From positions 3,782,001 through 3,846,000 of the forward strand of contig CM035357.1 in the NCBI GenBank assembly GCA_020137815.1: DNA of 64,000 nt. Reading direction: 5' to 3'. Below are positions 1 to 20,507 of this stretch, piece by piece. Under the pieces are notes generated by a model, which had not been told where the DNA came from, did not search any database, and was given only the letters and a program-made list of their open reading frames with translations. Each line of letters opens with the position of its first letter. The first letter of the stretch is position 1. The stretch is from Hormiphora californensis (Eukaryota; Animalia; Ctenophora). Position numbers and translations under genes: made by a program.

Positions 1-24
1 AATATTTCAAATGTTGTGCAATAC

Positions 25-352
25 CTTTGGAAGCCACTCTTCATAATGAAATTCTGTTCGGTGCATGTTAGTCCAGAGAGGAAGTACACTACGGGGAGGT
101 TCTTCTTCTTGTCATGTTGAGGGGGTAGGTAACAACCAAACTTCATGTTGCACTTCAGGATTGAACTGAGGGCGGGGGGTGTATCAAGTCATATTTTCTA
201 AAATTAAACTGAGCGGGGGGGGGGGGGGGGGGTCAAGTCACAGTTTTACACACAATTTTACTTTCTCTCCACTAGTACCTTTCATGTTCGTAGACACACT
301 GCAAGCCACCAAAGCATTTGCTTTGGGAGACCAACTTGATCGCCTTGCTCAT
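25..352 (-). CDS. ESD: S-formylglutathione hydrolase (esterase D), copy A, exons 1-2; continues beyond window start
   Basis: Exons 352-279 and 165-25 with GT-AG junctions give [40 protein letters not shown]...[23 protein letters not shown], the characteristic ESD/FghA N-terminus. Confidence 0.92.
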
Positions 353-814
353 GGTCTAGAGAGGGTGGGGGTGTTAGCACTGTAAATGGTCTAAAGAGGG
401 TGGGGGTGTTAGCACTGTGTGGTCTAGAGAGGGTGGGGTGTTAGCACTGTGAATGGTCTAGAGAGGTTGGGGTGTTAGCACTGTGTGGTCTAGAGAGGGT
501 GGGGGTGTTAGCACTGTGTGGTCTAGAGAGGTTGGGGGTGTTAGCACTGTGTGGTCTAGAGAGGGTGGGGGTGTTAGCACTGTGAATGGTCTAGAGAGGG
601 TTGGGGTGTTAGCATTGTGTGGTCTAGAGAGGGTGGGGTGTTAGCATTGTGTGGTCTAGAGAGGGTTGGGTGTTAGCATTGTGTGGTCTAGAGAGGGTGG
701 GGGTGTTAGCACTGTGTGGTCTAGAGAGGGTGGGGTGTTAGCATTGTGTGGTCTAGAGAGGGTGGGGGTGTTAGCATTGTGAATGGTCTAGAGAGGGTGG
801 GGGTGTTAGCACTG
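353..814. repeat. ~30-33 bp G-rich minisatellite, about 15 units (GGTCTAGAGAGGGTGGGGGTGTTAGCACTGTGT)
   Basis: Direct tandem units starting immediately upstream of the ESD ATG; only one unit at the paralogous site (4579-4610). Confidence 0.95.
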
Positions 815-1276
815 CGAATTTGAAATATTTTGGATCATGTTACATGAAAAGAAAGATGGTGTGTTGGTCTTGAAACAACCGAAAAAAAAGTCGGCCAAGG
901 TTTTTCAAGAGTAATTTTTTGAATTTTGGCGGCGTACACCTGTAAAAATGCTGCAAGGCACCCACATAATATATTGATCGCGGCTGATTTGCACACGAGT
1001 GACGAGGGGATCGTCAGCAAATTTGAATTTGCGGAGCGTTTTTAAAAAGGCGAAAAAACGTTGGCATACGTTGCAGGCCCCTTATAATATAATATCGTTG
1101 CGGGGGTGCGCGCATGAGGGGGCTGCAGCGCATTCCAAGAAAAAACGAAAGAACAAACTTTTTGCTGCATAAAAACTTTTTTCTACAAAGCTCTATCATG
1201 CGCGCTGCGCGGCGGGAAAATGCGTTGTAATAACTGTTTGACAGCGCTTTCCGTCAGCAGTAAAGTCACACTAAAA

Positions 1277-1840
1277 AGAATAGAGAATAGAGAATAGAGA
1301 ATAGAGAATAGAGAATAGAGAATAGAGAATAGAGAATAGAGAATAGAGAATAGAGAATAGAGAATAGAGAATAGAGAATAGAGAATAGAGAATAGAGAAT
1401 AGAGAATAGAGAATAGAGAATAGAGAATAGAGAATAGAGAATAGAGAATAGAGAATAGAGAATAGAGAATAGAGAATAGAGAATAGAGAATAGAGAATAG
1501 AGAATAGAGAATAGAGAATAGAGAATAGAGAATAGAGAATAGAGAATAGAGAATAGAGAATAGAGAATAGAGAATAGAGAATAGAGAATAGAGAATAGAG
1601 AATAGAGAATAGAGAATAGAGAATAGAGAATAGAGAATAGAGAATAGAGAATAGAGAATAGAGAATAGAGAATAGAGAATAGAGAATAGAGAATAGAGAA
1701 TAGAGAATAGAGAATAGAGAATAGAGAATAGAGAATAGAGAATAGAGAATAGAGAATAGAGAATAGAGAATAGAGAATAGAGAATAGAGAATAGAGAATA
1801 GAGAATAGAGAATAGAGAATAGAGAATAGAGAATAGAGAA
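1277..1840. repeat. (AGAATAG)n heptamer microsatellite, about 80 units
   Basis: Essentially perfect 7-bp periodicity. Confidence 0.98.
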
Positions 1841-2836
1841 TTAGCCCTTTTTCCTCGCTCCCTAATTCAATTGATATTGTACATTTCCGCTTGTACAACT
1901 ACAACAGCTAAGCTATTCTATTCTACTCAGATAAAAAGTTTCTACCAAGTTACTGCAATTGTGCCTGTAATCCGATCCATAAAATATCACTGTGTTTGTC
2001 GAGCTACCTCAACCATTATAATATGCAGGCTACATTTCATTTCCTATCACGAGGCTTCTGATATAATATATTTCGTGTTTTGAGTTTACATATCGCCAGA
2101 CTTTGAGCTCTGCTGTTATAGAGATATGCACGATGGTCGATGAAAACCCAAAACTAGTTCCTACTTCCTAGTGTGTGACATATTATGTAGGTACCTACAG
2201 ATACCTATTTTGAAGCTGAAAGTGCAAGACTTTCGACTTTTGTTTTTCCCTTGGGAGTTGGGCCCAATTGGGGATTTTATTTTCTTATATGTTATGGTTG
2301 CCGTTGTCTTTGGGTATACTGCAGTTATGCCTGATCCCTAGGTGAAGAGCTTTTTCTATGTTTCTTGTTCATTCATCCATGATATTATCATTTTATCATT
2401 TAATTGATAAAACTTCTAGGATTCTATATTTTTGTCGTTTTAGCTACATTTCATCCTAGAAGTAGAACTTCGAAACATAAAATCGAATGTGTGTCCGCTA
2501 ACTTAGCGAATTTATGTGGAGCCCATGTGGTTCCAAATACTACATTGCAAAAAGCGTCTATAAAGCGTTTTTAGCTACTAGTAGCTACGTTTCTGGTGCG
2601 TCTCGCACCGTGTATGGATCTATGGTTCGTTTAGGCAGCCTAAACTTTAGGCTACGTACGTTTTTAGACATCTCGTTCATGATATTACACGGTACGCCCG
2701 GTATAATACGACGTCGCGTCGCTTGATCGGACAATGAAAAAAGCCGAATTAGTGAAAAAATATTTCAATATATTGTTCAGGCTCCCTTCTTTATCTCTTG
2801 ACTTGTTAATACCCACTTTATCTCATAACAGCAGAC

Positions 2837-3271
2837 ATGTTTAAAACACTTACAAGGGGATTTAAACAAGACCAACCTCAGAACTCAGCCACCACCACCG
2901 AACCGGAAATACTTCTTAGTGGAATTATACGTGTCACCTCGAGAAAGGTAATATTTTTGAAATTTATAGCACGCAGAGCAGGGTATCCCAAACCCTTCTC
3001 AGCGGCAACCCTTCCACACTAGTTCACTATAATAATACTAAAAAGAAATGGAAGTCTTTTCAATTTTTCTTTAGCTTGATTTACCGAGTACCGAATCCTG
3101 AATCCTCACACAGATCAGCGGTGTGAGTCACACAAGTTCCAGCCCTTATTTTATTTACTATGTAATAAGCTTCACCGAAAGATTAATTCTTTATCTCATC
3201 TTCATTATTTTTATTCAGAAATCCAACTGTCCAAAATATGTGGAGGTCCGCTACGATCGAAACACTCAAAG
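2837..3271 (+). pseudogene. 5'-only duplicate (exons 1-2) of the PH-domain docking protein gene
   Basis: 2837-2947 and ~3219-3271 match exons 1-2 at 10096-10206 and 12470-12521; homology ends at ~3292. Confidence 0.8.
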
Positions 3272-3291
3272 TGAGTAACCATGGACACAGG

Positions 3292-3820
3292 GGTCTAGAG
3301 AGGGTGGGGGTGGTTAGCCTGTAAATCGGTTCTAAAGAGGGTGGGGGTGTGGTGTTAGGCACTGTGTGGTCTAGATGAGGGGTGTGTTGGTGGTTAGCTA
3401 AGGAACGTTGTTAGGTGAAGTGTGGTCTAGAGAGGTGTGGGTGTTGTTAGCTGTGTGTTAGAGGGAAACTGTGTGGTCTTCATAGAGAGGTTGGGGGGTG
3501 TTAGCCTGGTGGTCTAGAGAGGTGGGGGTGGGAGGGTCGAAATGTGAATGGTCGAGAGAGGGTTGGGGGTGTAGATTGTGGTATGAGAGGGTGGGGGGGT
3601 GGGGTGTTAGAATTGTTGTGGTATAGAGAGGGTTGGGGTGTTAGAAGGGTGTGGTCTAGAGAGGGGTGGGTGGTGTTAGCACTGTGTGGGTATGAGAGGG
3701 TGGGATTGTGTGTTAGAGGTGTGGTTGGGTGGTTGTTGGTGTGGGTGTTTATTTAGCATGGTGAATGGTCTAGAGAGGGTGGGGGTGTTGCATGTGAATG
3801 GTCTAGGCCTAGAGAGTGCA
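3292..3820. repeat. Highly degenerate copy of the 353-814 minisatellite (possibly error-rich assembly)
   Basis: Same unit and order as 355 onward, but riddled with small indels. Confidence 0.75.
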
Positions 3821-3975
3821 TGTAGTGTATAGTAAAAGGGGGGACCGAGGACCACCATCGCATTGGTAGACACAAGAGTCCCCCTTTCTGAAAAGAGACA
3901 AAGATTTTCTCGCTCTCTTTGGACAACTAACTTCATAACATGACAATTGACAAAATCTAATAAAATTCAGCTCAC

Positions 3976-4578
3976 CTCTCCTGTAATGTAAGAATACATT
4001 CTGTAGTTATTTTTCCAGGGTTCCTCAGTTGCATTGACATAGAATCCCGCACCACTCCCGAAATCATAGCTATCATGCTCTCCGGGGAAATCGAATCCTC
4101 GGGGGCTGGTGTCAGGATTAATCACGACAATGCCGTGCTTTGCAGCAAACCTACAGGAAATGATTTAGGGCACATTTGCTAATTCCTAACTTTTGATAAA
4201 TATTTTAAAGAATGTAAATAACCATAACTGAAATATTTAAATATTTTCAGTGCAATACCTTTGGAAGCCACTCTTCATAATGAAATTCTGTTCGGTGCAT
4301 GTTAGTCCAGAGAGGAAGTACACTACGGGGAGGTTCTTCTTCTTGTCATGTTGAGGGGGTAGGTAACACCCAAACTTCATGTTGCACTTCAGGATTGAAC
4401 TGAGGGCGGGGGTGTATCAAGTCATGTTTTCTAAAATTAAACTGAGCGGGGGGGGGGGTCAAGTCACAGTTTTACACACAATTTTACTTTCTCTCCACTA
4501 GTACCTTTCATGTTCGTAGACACACTGCAAGCCACCAAAGCATTTGCTTTGGGAGACCAACTTGATCGCCTTGCTCAT
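3976..4578 (-). CDS. ESD: S-formylglutathione hydrolase (esterase D), copy B, exons 1-3; no downstream exons found
   Basis: Exons 4578-4505, 4399-4259 and 4150-3976; exon 3 = [58 protein letters not shown] (PDTSPRG and GAGFYVNAT motifs). Confidence 0.9.
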
Positions 4579-5419
4579 GGTCTAGAGAGGTTGGGGGTGT
4601 TAGCACTGCGAATTTGAAATATTTTGGATCGTGTTAGATGAAAAGAAAGATGGTGTGTGTTGGTCTTGAAACAACCGAAAGTGGTTAACCTAATTTCAGG
4701 ATAAGTGTCAGTCTCCAGACAACTGGCACCTTTTATACCTTCTAGTACCTATGCACGTTAAATGAAAAGCCACATCTTTATTATATAGATGGGGGACCCC
4801 TTTGGCCTACGCTGCAGTCCCTTTGCCCATCAAATGCACACACTGGGGGGACTGGACCGTGGAGTGTGGACACTGGACGGGCCACGGCGCACAAACTGGC
4901 CACTGGGTGACTGCACGGACTGAAGGGAATTGTACGGGCAAAGTTAAAATATGGGTGCCTCCCATTGCTAACATTTAACAATTCATCGATTTTAGCGGTC
5001 GAGACGGGTTAGGGCTGTTGTTAGGGTCTGGTTGGGGTTTTATTTAGGGTTATCGGTTAGGGCTATCAATTCTCTATCGGATACCGTTTAGTTTACTTAA
5101 ATTGGCCATGTGTTGCGTGGCTATAGCCGTTTGAAAAAAGTCGGTCAAGGTGTTTTTTAGTGCAATTTTTTTAATTTTGGTAGCGCACGCCTGTAAACAT
5201 GCTGCAAGGCACCCAGATTATATATTAATCGCGCCCGACTTGCACGTGAATGACGAAGGGATCGTCAGCAAATTTGAATTTGCGGAGCGTTTTTAAAAGG
5301 CGAAAAAACGAAAGAAAAAACTTTTTGCTGCAAACATTTTTTTTAAAAACTCTATAATGCGCGCTGCGCGGCGGGAAAATGCGTTGTAATAACTGTTTGA
5401 CAGCGCTTTCCGTATAATC

Positions 5420-6760
5420 ATCGGTAAAAAAAAAGAAAAAGATTCAAATTAAAAAGTACTTAACAATAATATTATTGTCATATAACTATAAAAAGTGGGA
5501 GTAGGAGGGGTAGAGAGAGGGTTCAGGGGGGTTGAGAGGAGAGGTATGGTGGGCGGTGGTAGTGTGTGTATTATGGGTTGATGATGGTGTGAATTAGGTG
5601 AGAGAGATGATGATTGATATGTGAGGGGAAGACATGACCACGAAGGGAGGTTCTGTCTTGATCTGTTAGGCGGTCTCGAGCTGATTTGGTGCGGGTGCAT
5701 TCATTCAGCATGTGCCACTCATCTTGGATGATTGGGTCGAAGAAAGGGAGGGCACGCAGAAGAGGTATAGACTCGGGTGAGGAGCAATCATCACAGAGGC
5801 GCTCAGATCTGTCAGTTTTGTTATGGCGTCCGGTTTCGATTTTTAGGCGGTGGGTACTCGTTCTTAACTTGATGAAGTCAGGTGCCGTCCTTCTTTCCAG
5901 GTAGTCCTCAAAGCCATGTCCGGTCTTGACACTGTTGTAGAATTCAAGCTTCCGGTTGCTGTGGCGAATATCGTCCCATTGGGTCCAAAACCAATCTGAG
6001 ATACGGGCCTGCACGAGTTGGGAGTTAGGGAGAAGTGTCTTCTGCGGGTGGTGGGCATTGGAGTCGAATATCTCGGAGGTCCTTAGGACACTTTGATACC
6101 AGGGCAACTGTAGTCGCTTCTGTTCGTTATAGGCGTGTACGACTAGCTTGCTTTGGTTGTCGAGAGTGTTGCTCATGATACATAGTCTATTGTGGAAGTC
6201 CAGCAGGTGTTTGCTGTTTCTTACGGCCAGGGGGACTCTATCAGTGTCCCCGTAGAGTGGAGGTAGCGGTGTGTTTTTCCGAAGTCCTAGTAGCCATCTC
6301 AGAAAGCTGGTTTGACATTTTTCTGTTTGGTCGTCCCAGATGTCCTTCGATGTAGTTTTCACATGCTTCCCGTTTAGAGATGTCTTGAGAAATCTTGTTT
6401 CGTGCAGCCAGATAGCTGATGCATACCCTGCTACAGGTGCTACCAGAGCATCAAATAGTTTTAGGGCCGCTTGCTTGGATATTGATCTGATATCCACTAT
6501 TCTTTTTATGGCGAAAATGCTCCGCATGCTCTTGATTCTCAGTTGTTTTTGGGCTTCTCGTAGGTTACCATTCACCGAGAAAGTCAAACCGAGATATTGA
6601 TAGGTCTTGGTTGATGGGATGTGTGAGTCGCCGTAGAGAAAGCCGTTGGATTCTTTGAGTTTCCTCCCAGCTTGGTTAAAGACCATTATAGCCGTTTTTT
6701 CGGTGTTAACGGTAAGATCCCAATCAGAGCAGAACCGGTAGAGGGCATCGAGGAGTTATA
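5420..6760 (-). mobile_element. 5'-truncated non-LTR retrotransposon (C-terminal part of ORF2; L2/CR1-group-like)
   Basis: ORF 6686-5571 extends upstream as LLDALYRFCSDWDLTVNTEKTAIMVFN. It has YQYLGLTF (RT end), KLRTSTHRLKIETGRH and CxxC...DEWHMLNEC (zinc-knuckle-like). Absent at the paralogous site (~1255). Confidence 0.85.
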
Positions 6761-6772
6761 GAGCACTAAAAA

Positions 6773-7645
6773 AGAATAGAGAATAGAGAATAGAGAATAG
6801 AGAATAGAGAATAGAGAATAGAGAATAGAGAATAGAGAATAGAGAATAGAGAATAGAGAATAGAGAATAGAGAATAGAGAATAGAGAATAGAGAATAGAG
6901 AATAGAGAATAGAGAATAGAGAATAGAGAATAGAGAATAGAGAATAGAGAATAGAGAATAGAGAATAGAGAATAGAGAATAGAGAATAGAGAATAGAGAA
7001 TAGAGAATAGAGAATAGAGAATAGAGAATAGAGAATAGAGAATAGAGAATAGAGAATAGAGAATAGAGAATAGAGAATAGAGAATAGAGAATAGAGAATA
7101 GAGAATAGAGAATAGAGAATAGAGAATAGAGAATAGAGAATAGAGAATAGAGAATAGAGAATAGAGAATAGAGAATAGAGAATAGAGAATAGAGAATAGA
7201 GAATAGAGAATAGAGAATAGAGAATAGAGAATAGAGAATAGAGAATAGAGAATAGAGAATAGAGAATAGAGAATAGAGAATAGAGAATAGAGAATAGAGA
7301 ATAGAGAATAGAGAATAGAGAATAGAGAATAGAGAATAGAGAATAGAGAATAGAGAATAGAGAATAGAGAATAGAGAATAGAGAATAGAGAATAGAGAAT
7401 AGAGAATAGAGAATAGAGAATAGAGAATAGAGAATAGAGAATAGAGAATAGAGAATAGAGAATAGAGAATAGAGAATAGAGAATAGAGAATAGAGAATAG
7501 AGAATAGAGAATAGAGAATAGAGAATAGAGAATAGAGAATAGAGAATAGAGAATAGAGAATAGAGAATAGAGAATAGAGAATAGAGAATAGAGAATAGAG
7601 AATAGAGAATAGAGAATAGAGAATAGAGAATAGAGAATAGAGAAT
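6773..7645. repeat. (AGAATAG)n heptamer microsatellite, about 124 units
   Basis: Perfect periodicity; same flanks (CACTAAAAA... / ...TTTCCTCGYTCCCTAATTCA) as the 1277-1840 array. Confidence 0.98.
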
Positions 7646-7673
7646 CGACCATGTTTCCTCGTTCCCTAATTCA

Positions 7674-9001
7674 TAGTGTGGTAATATGGCGAAAATTTTT
7701 CGGCATAATCGTTCTAAAGCTAATTCCACTTCTAGGGTACTCTATAGGGTCCCTAGAAACAACCCCTGAAGTTGTCGCAAGATCGGCGATGAATAACTTG
7801 CCTTAATTGGGCCTAATTGGTTACAGGGTCCTTTCAGCATGAAGCCAAAACCATAAGTACCCTTAGAATAGGAGTAGAGACGAAACCGAGGGCACTAAAG
7901 TGATCAGCGTCCTCGCATTAGTGGGGGTAGGTGCTGGAATTAAGTCTTTATCTCATCTGGTTAATTAGATAATTGGATAATTAGCTCTGCGCATAGCCGT
8001 TTTTGGTCATATGGCTATAGCCATGTTAGGAAAGGAGTAGAGACAAAACCGAGGGCACTAAAGTGGTCAGCGTCCTCGCATTAGTGGGGGTAGGTGCTGG
8101 AATTAAGTCTCTATCTCATTTGGTTAATTAGTTAATTGGATAATTAGATCTGCACATAGCCGTTTTCGGCCATGTGGCTATAGCCACTTAGGAATGGTTT
8201 AGAGACATTTCACTGGTGCCATCTTGTAGACAATGGCCAAGTTATGGGGGGTCGACGTCGGACTTTTAAGCTCTATCTCCAACCGTTTAGCCGTTATTTG
8301 GCTTTAAAGGTGCTCAAAATGAGCAAAAAACGGTAAAAAGCCCGATTTTGAGCACCTTAAAAACCAAATAACGGCTAAACGGTTGGAGATAGAGCTTAAA
8401 AGTCCGACGTCGACCCCCCATAACTTGGCCATTGTCTACAAGATGGCACCGGTGAAATGTCTCTTAACCATTCCTAAGTGGCTATAGCCATATGGCCGAA
8501 AACGGCTATGTGCAGATCTAATTATCCAATTAACTAATTAACCAAATGAGATAGAGATTTAATTCCAGCACCTACCCCCACTAATGCGAGGACGCTGACC
8601 ACTTTAGAGCCCTCGGTTTTGTCTCTACTCCTTTCCTAACATGGCTATAGCCATATGACCAAAAACGGCTATGCGCAGAGCTAATTATCCAATTATCTAA
8701 TTAACCAGATGAGATAGAGACTTAATTCCAGCACCTACCCCCACTAATGCGAGGACGCTGATCACTTTAGTGCCCTCGGTTTCGTCTCTACTCCTATTCT
8801 AAGGGTACTTATGGTTTTGGCTTCATGCTGAAAGCACCCTGTAACCAATTAGGCCCAATTAAGGCAAGTTATTCATCGCCGATCTTGCGACAACTTCAGG
8901 GGTTGTTTCTAGGGACCCTATAGAGTACCCTAGAAGTGGAATTAGCTTTAGAACGATTATGCCGAAAACTTGCCGGATTTCGACGTCATATGCCCGTACT
9001 A
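7674..9001. mobile_element. Non-autonomous foldback DNA element (~620 bp arms), apparent 3-bp TSD TCA
   Basis: 7697-~8320 is the reverse complement of ~8345-8968; TCA at 7671-7673 and 9002-9004; empty site TAATTCAATTG at ~1863-1873. Confidence 0.8.
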
Positions 9002-10095
9002 TCAATTGATATTTAATGTAATAATGTACATTGCATTGCAGCTAGTATATCGAGTGATATACATTTCCGCTTGTACTTATAGTACAACTACAACTAAGCT
9101 ATTCTATTCTACTCAGATAAAAAGTTTCTACCAAGTTACTGCAATTGTGCCTGTAATCCGATCTCTAAAATAACACTGTGTTTGTCGAGCTACCTCAACC
9201 ATTATAATATGCAGGCTACATTTCATTTCCTATCACGAGGCTTCTGATATTTCGTGTCTTGAGTTTACATATCGCCAGACTTTGAGCTCTATATATGAAA
9301 ACCCAAAACTCTTAGTTTTAAACTAGTTCCTAGCATGTGTACACATGCTAGGAACTAGTTTAAAACTAAGAGTGTGTGTGACATATTATGTACCTACTGC
9401 AGCTATCTATTTTGAAGCTGAAAGTGCAAGACTTTCGACTTTCGTTTTTCCCTTGGGAGTTGGGCCCAATGCAATTGGGGATTTTATTTTCTTATATGTT
9501 ATGGTTGCAGTTGTCTTTGGGTATACTGCAGTTATGCCTGATCCCTAGGTGAAGAGCTTTTTCTATGTGTTAGGATTGGTCGTTTCACATTTTAACTTGT
9601 TCATTCATCCATGATATTATCATTTTATCATTTAATTGATAAAACTTCTAGGATTCTATAGTTTTGTCGTTTTAGCTACATTTCATCCTAGAAGTAGAAC
9701 TTCGAAACATAAAATCGAATGTGTGTCCGCTAACTTAGCGAATTTATGTGGAGCCCATGTGGTTCCAAATACTACATTGCAAAAAGCGTCTATAAAGCGT
9801 TTTTAGCTACTAGTAGCTACGTTTCTGGTGCGTCTCGCACCGTGTATGGATCTATGGTTCGTTTAGGCAGCCTAAACTTTAGGCTACGTACGTTTTTAGA
9901 CATCTCGTTCATGATATTACACGGTACGCCCGGTATAATACGACGTCGCGTCGCTTGATCGGACAATGAAAAAAGCCGAATTAGTGAAAAAATATTTCAC
10001 ATGAGAATATATTCTCTTTATCTTGACTTGTTCAGGCGCCCTTCTTTATCTCTTGACTTGTTAATACCCACTTAATCTCATAACAAACAGCAGAC

Positions 10096-17985
<7,890 letters not shown>

Positions 17986-18802
17986 AAACTTTAGTAGACC
18001 ATATTATAGTGAATAAATCTGTCAGAGCATTGGCCTGACCCTAATGACCCTTTTCTCATAACTGTGGTCAGAGCATTGGCCTGACAGGAATCAATAGGAC
18101 TGAAGACTCTTTTCTTTAACATTTTTACAATCAGTTGATTTTTTATAGAGTAATCTGCAGTGTTAATTTTACTGATCCTTCTGGACAAAAGCTAGGGAAA
18201 CTCTTCGATTTTTTGACCGATTAATACTTAATTATAAGCGATGCAGTATGTACGAATGTACATAGCTTGAAAAAGTCAGTGAGATACATTTACATTATTA
18301 TTTTGATTTGAACAATCCAAAGAAAATTTTTGAATTCATATTATTTCGTTAACGTTGGACAAAGAAAACAAAAGAGAAAAAACAAAAGGAAAAATGAGTC
18401 AGAGAGAACTGCAGCAGTTCCCTGTTCCATTTGAATGGGGAGCTGTGGGTAAACATCTATACTTGTACTTGCTCTTGTTTTGTTCAACAGCTGGCCTAGC
18501 AAGGCAAGCTTGCTTGAGCCAGATCATGTTGAAGTAAAGTGAGAGCTGTATATAACAGGGTACCTGACGTCCTGACGGTCTGTTCTTGAGCATATTGTAT
18601 AATAGGAGAGTGAGAGTCATTATAGCTCTCTCTCTCTCCACGGCCATTACACACCATGTCCTCTCACTTGCTGTGTTTAGTTTGCCTTTCTTAATCCCTC
18701 TCTTTCTTTTCTTCACCTTTCTCTCTTTTTTATTCCCCACTTTCACCCCCTCTTTCCTTGTTTTTAGCTTCCACACTACCCTCCACACACCTCTCTATAC
18801 GA

Positions 18803-18804
<2 letters not shown>

Positions 18805-18893
<89 letters not shown>

Positions 18894-18914
18894 ATCTATC
18901 TCTCTCTCTCTCTC
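18805..18914. repeat. (CT)n microsatellite
   Basis: Dinucleotide run. Confidence 0.95.
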
Positions 18915-19025
18915 GACTATAATAACGTGTACATGCTCGATCTGTTCTCCACTGCAGATCTGTAGTTTTGAGTCCTTTAACTCCTTTTCCAATCCTTTTG
19001 TATGGGGGGGGGGGATAGTTGGCTA

Positions 19026-20368
19026 CTAGATCCAAAAACCAAACAAGTTTGGTGGATAGCCGGGGCCGCAGAAATTAAAAAACGTTCGAAAGTTTTGATA
19101 CACATGGAAAATTTTCCACACTTGTCTCAAGAGGGGTGTCGTCGAACGCTATCCAAAATTTGGTCACGTGCAGTAGGGTTCACCAGCCAAAAGTGTTAGC
19201 GAAATATCACACCAGATTGGAGGTGATGCAGAAACTTGACTTCCATTTCTCAAGATTCAAACGTGAAATGTCAAATCTTCAAAAGACTGTGTTCTCTTAC
19301 AGTAGCTGGCAATGAATGAACCAATCAACAAACCTACTCGACTCATAACTTGCATTGATATTAATATTTCGGCAGGGAGATCTGAAAAGATAGGCTACAG
19401 TATATTGTATAGTTGATGAACAGTGAAATTTGTGGTAGTTCACTGTTCATCTTGTCCTGCCAGAAGAGAAAAAATTAATTCATCCCTCTGAGAGTCTATT
19501 AAAAATGGTGTAATAAAAATGTTATGGGCTTGGCTGAAAACCAAAACTATATTATAGTGCCTCAATATTGTAGTTGAGTAGATATAGCTAATTGGGGGAC
19601 AAGGAGTGCCATTTTATCTTGTTTCTACATGCGAGAAGCAAAATATACACTGTTTTGTAGCATCATTTACTTGCCAGCGCTGACTTGTCTACCATTAAGT
19701 CTGCTCTGGAGGAGACTTAACAAACCTCACTTTTCTCGATACTTGGGTGAGATATTGCGTGAACTATGACGTCATTGTCTCTTCAATTTGGCCCAAATCA
19801 CGTGATTTTACCACGTGATTAGGGGGTTACGCAAGGTTTGTAGAGCTTGTGTAAAACTTCACTTACTACCCTCAATTTTCACTAAGCAATATTTCTAAAA
19901 AGTTTCGTCGACACAAACCGTGTGAAAATTAATTAGAAGGTGTGAAAGGAGAGTTACTCAACGTTTTTAACTGTGCTTAAAGTTTCGTCGAAGAGCCCCG
20001 GGGGTGCTGTTAAATTCGCGTTTCCATGATAGTCAGCCGTTCTTTCAAAATACAATATTATTCTCAGCATAATAATATAATATTATTCTGTAAAACAGAC
20101 TCTGGAACGAACCACTGTGAACAGTAAATATATGTGACATGTGTGGATCTGTATGTATGATAAATGATAATGTGGAATAAATTAATGGTTTGATCATTGC
20201 ACTAGTTTTCCTGGTGTATAGTTTGAAAAAGTTGTTAGTTATAATCATGGAAACGCGAATTTAATAGCACCCCAGGCCCCGAAAGTTCGTGTATCAAAAC
20301 TTTCGCACGTTTTTTAATTTCTGCGGCCCCGGCTATCCACCAAACTTGTTTGGTTTTTGGATCTAGTT
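19026..20368. mobile_element. Composite TIR element (~75 bp TIR CTAGATCCAAAAACCAAAC...) containing a GGGCTCTTCGACG-family copy (~19105-19998) and a small MITE (~20002-20272)
   Basis: 19026-19102 is inverted relative to 20291-20368; the interior resembles the reverse complement of 49195-50270; inner TIR GGGTGCTRTTAAATTCGCGTTTCCATGAT. No clear TSD. Confidence 0.7.
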
Positions 20369-20507
20369 GTTATGTTACATTAGATCCTTGGGCTAATCCT
20401 TCCTGCACTGCATTCTGCAGTTATAGTATCAATCAGCGTTTTTGAACATTGCTCTTACAAGTTACTACTATTAGTTACTACTATTCTCAGTAAATCGGTG
20501 TGCGACT

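Noticed and set aside
353-814. CRISPR-like periodicity (also 44860-45670)
   Set aside because: No unique spacers, no cas genes, eukaryotic context.
5005-5062. TTAGGG motifs as interstitial telomere
   Set aside because: Only four scattered copies, not tandem; probably part of a dispersed repeat.
6764-7678. CACTA...TAGTG ends suggesting a CACTA element around the heptamer array
   Set aside because: TAGTG belongs to the end of the adjacent foldback and is absent in copy A; no TSD.
1266-7729. Long (LYSLFSI)n ORFs
   Set aside because: Translations of the stop-free (CTATTCT)n strand with no codon variation.
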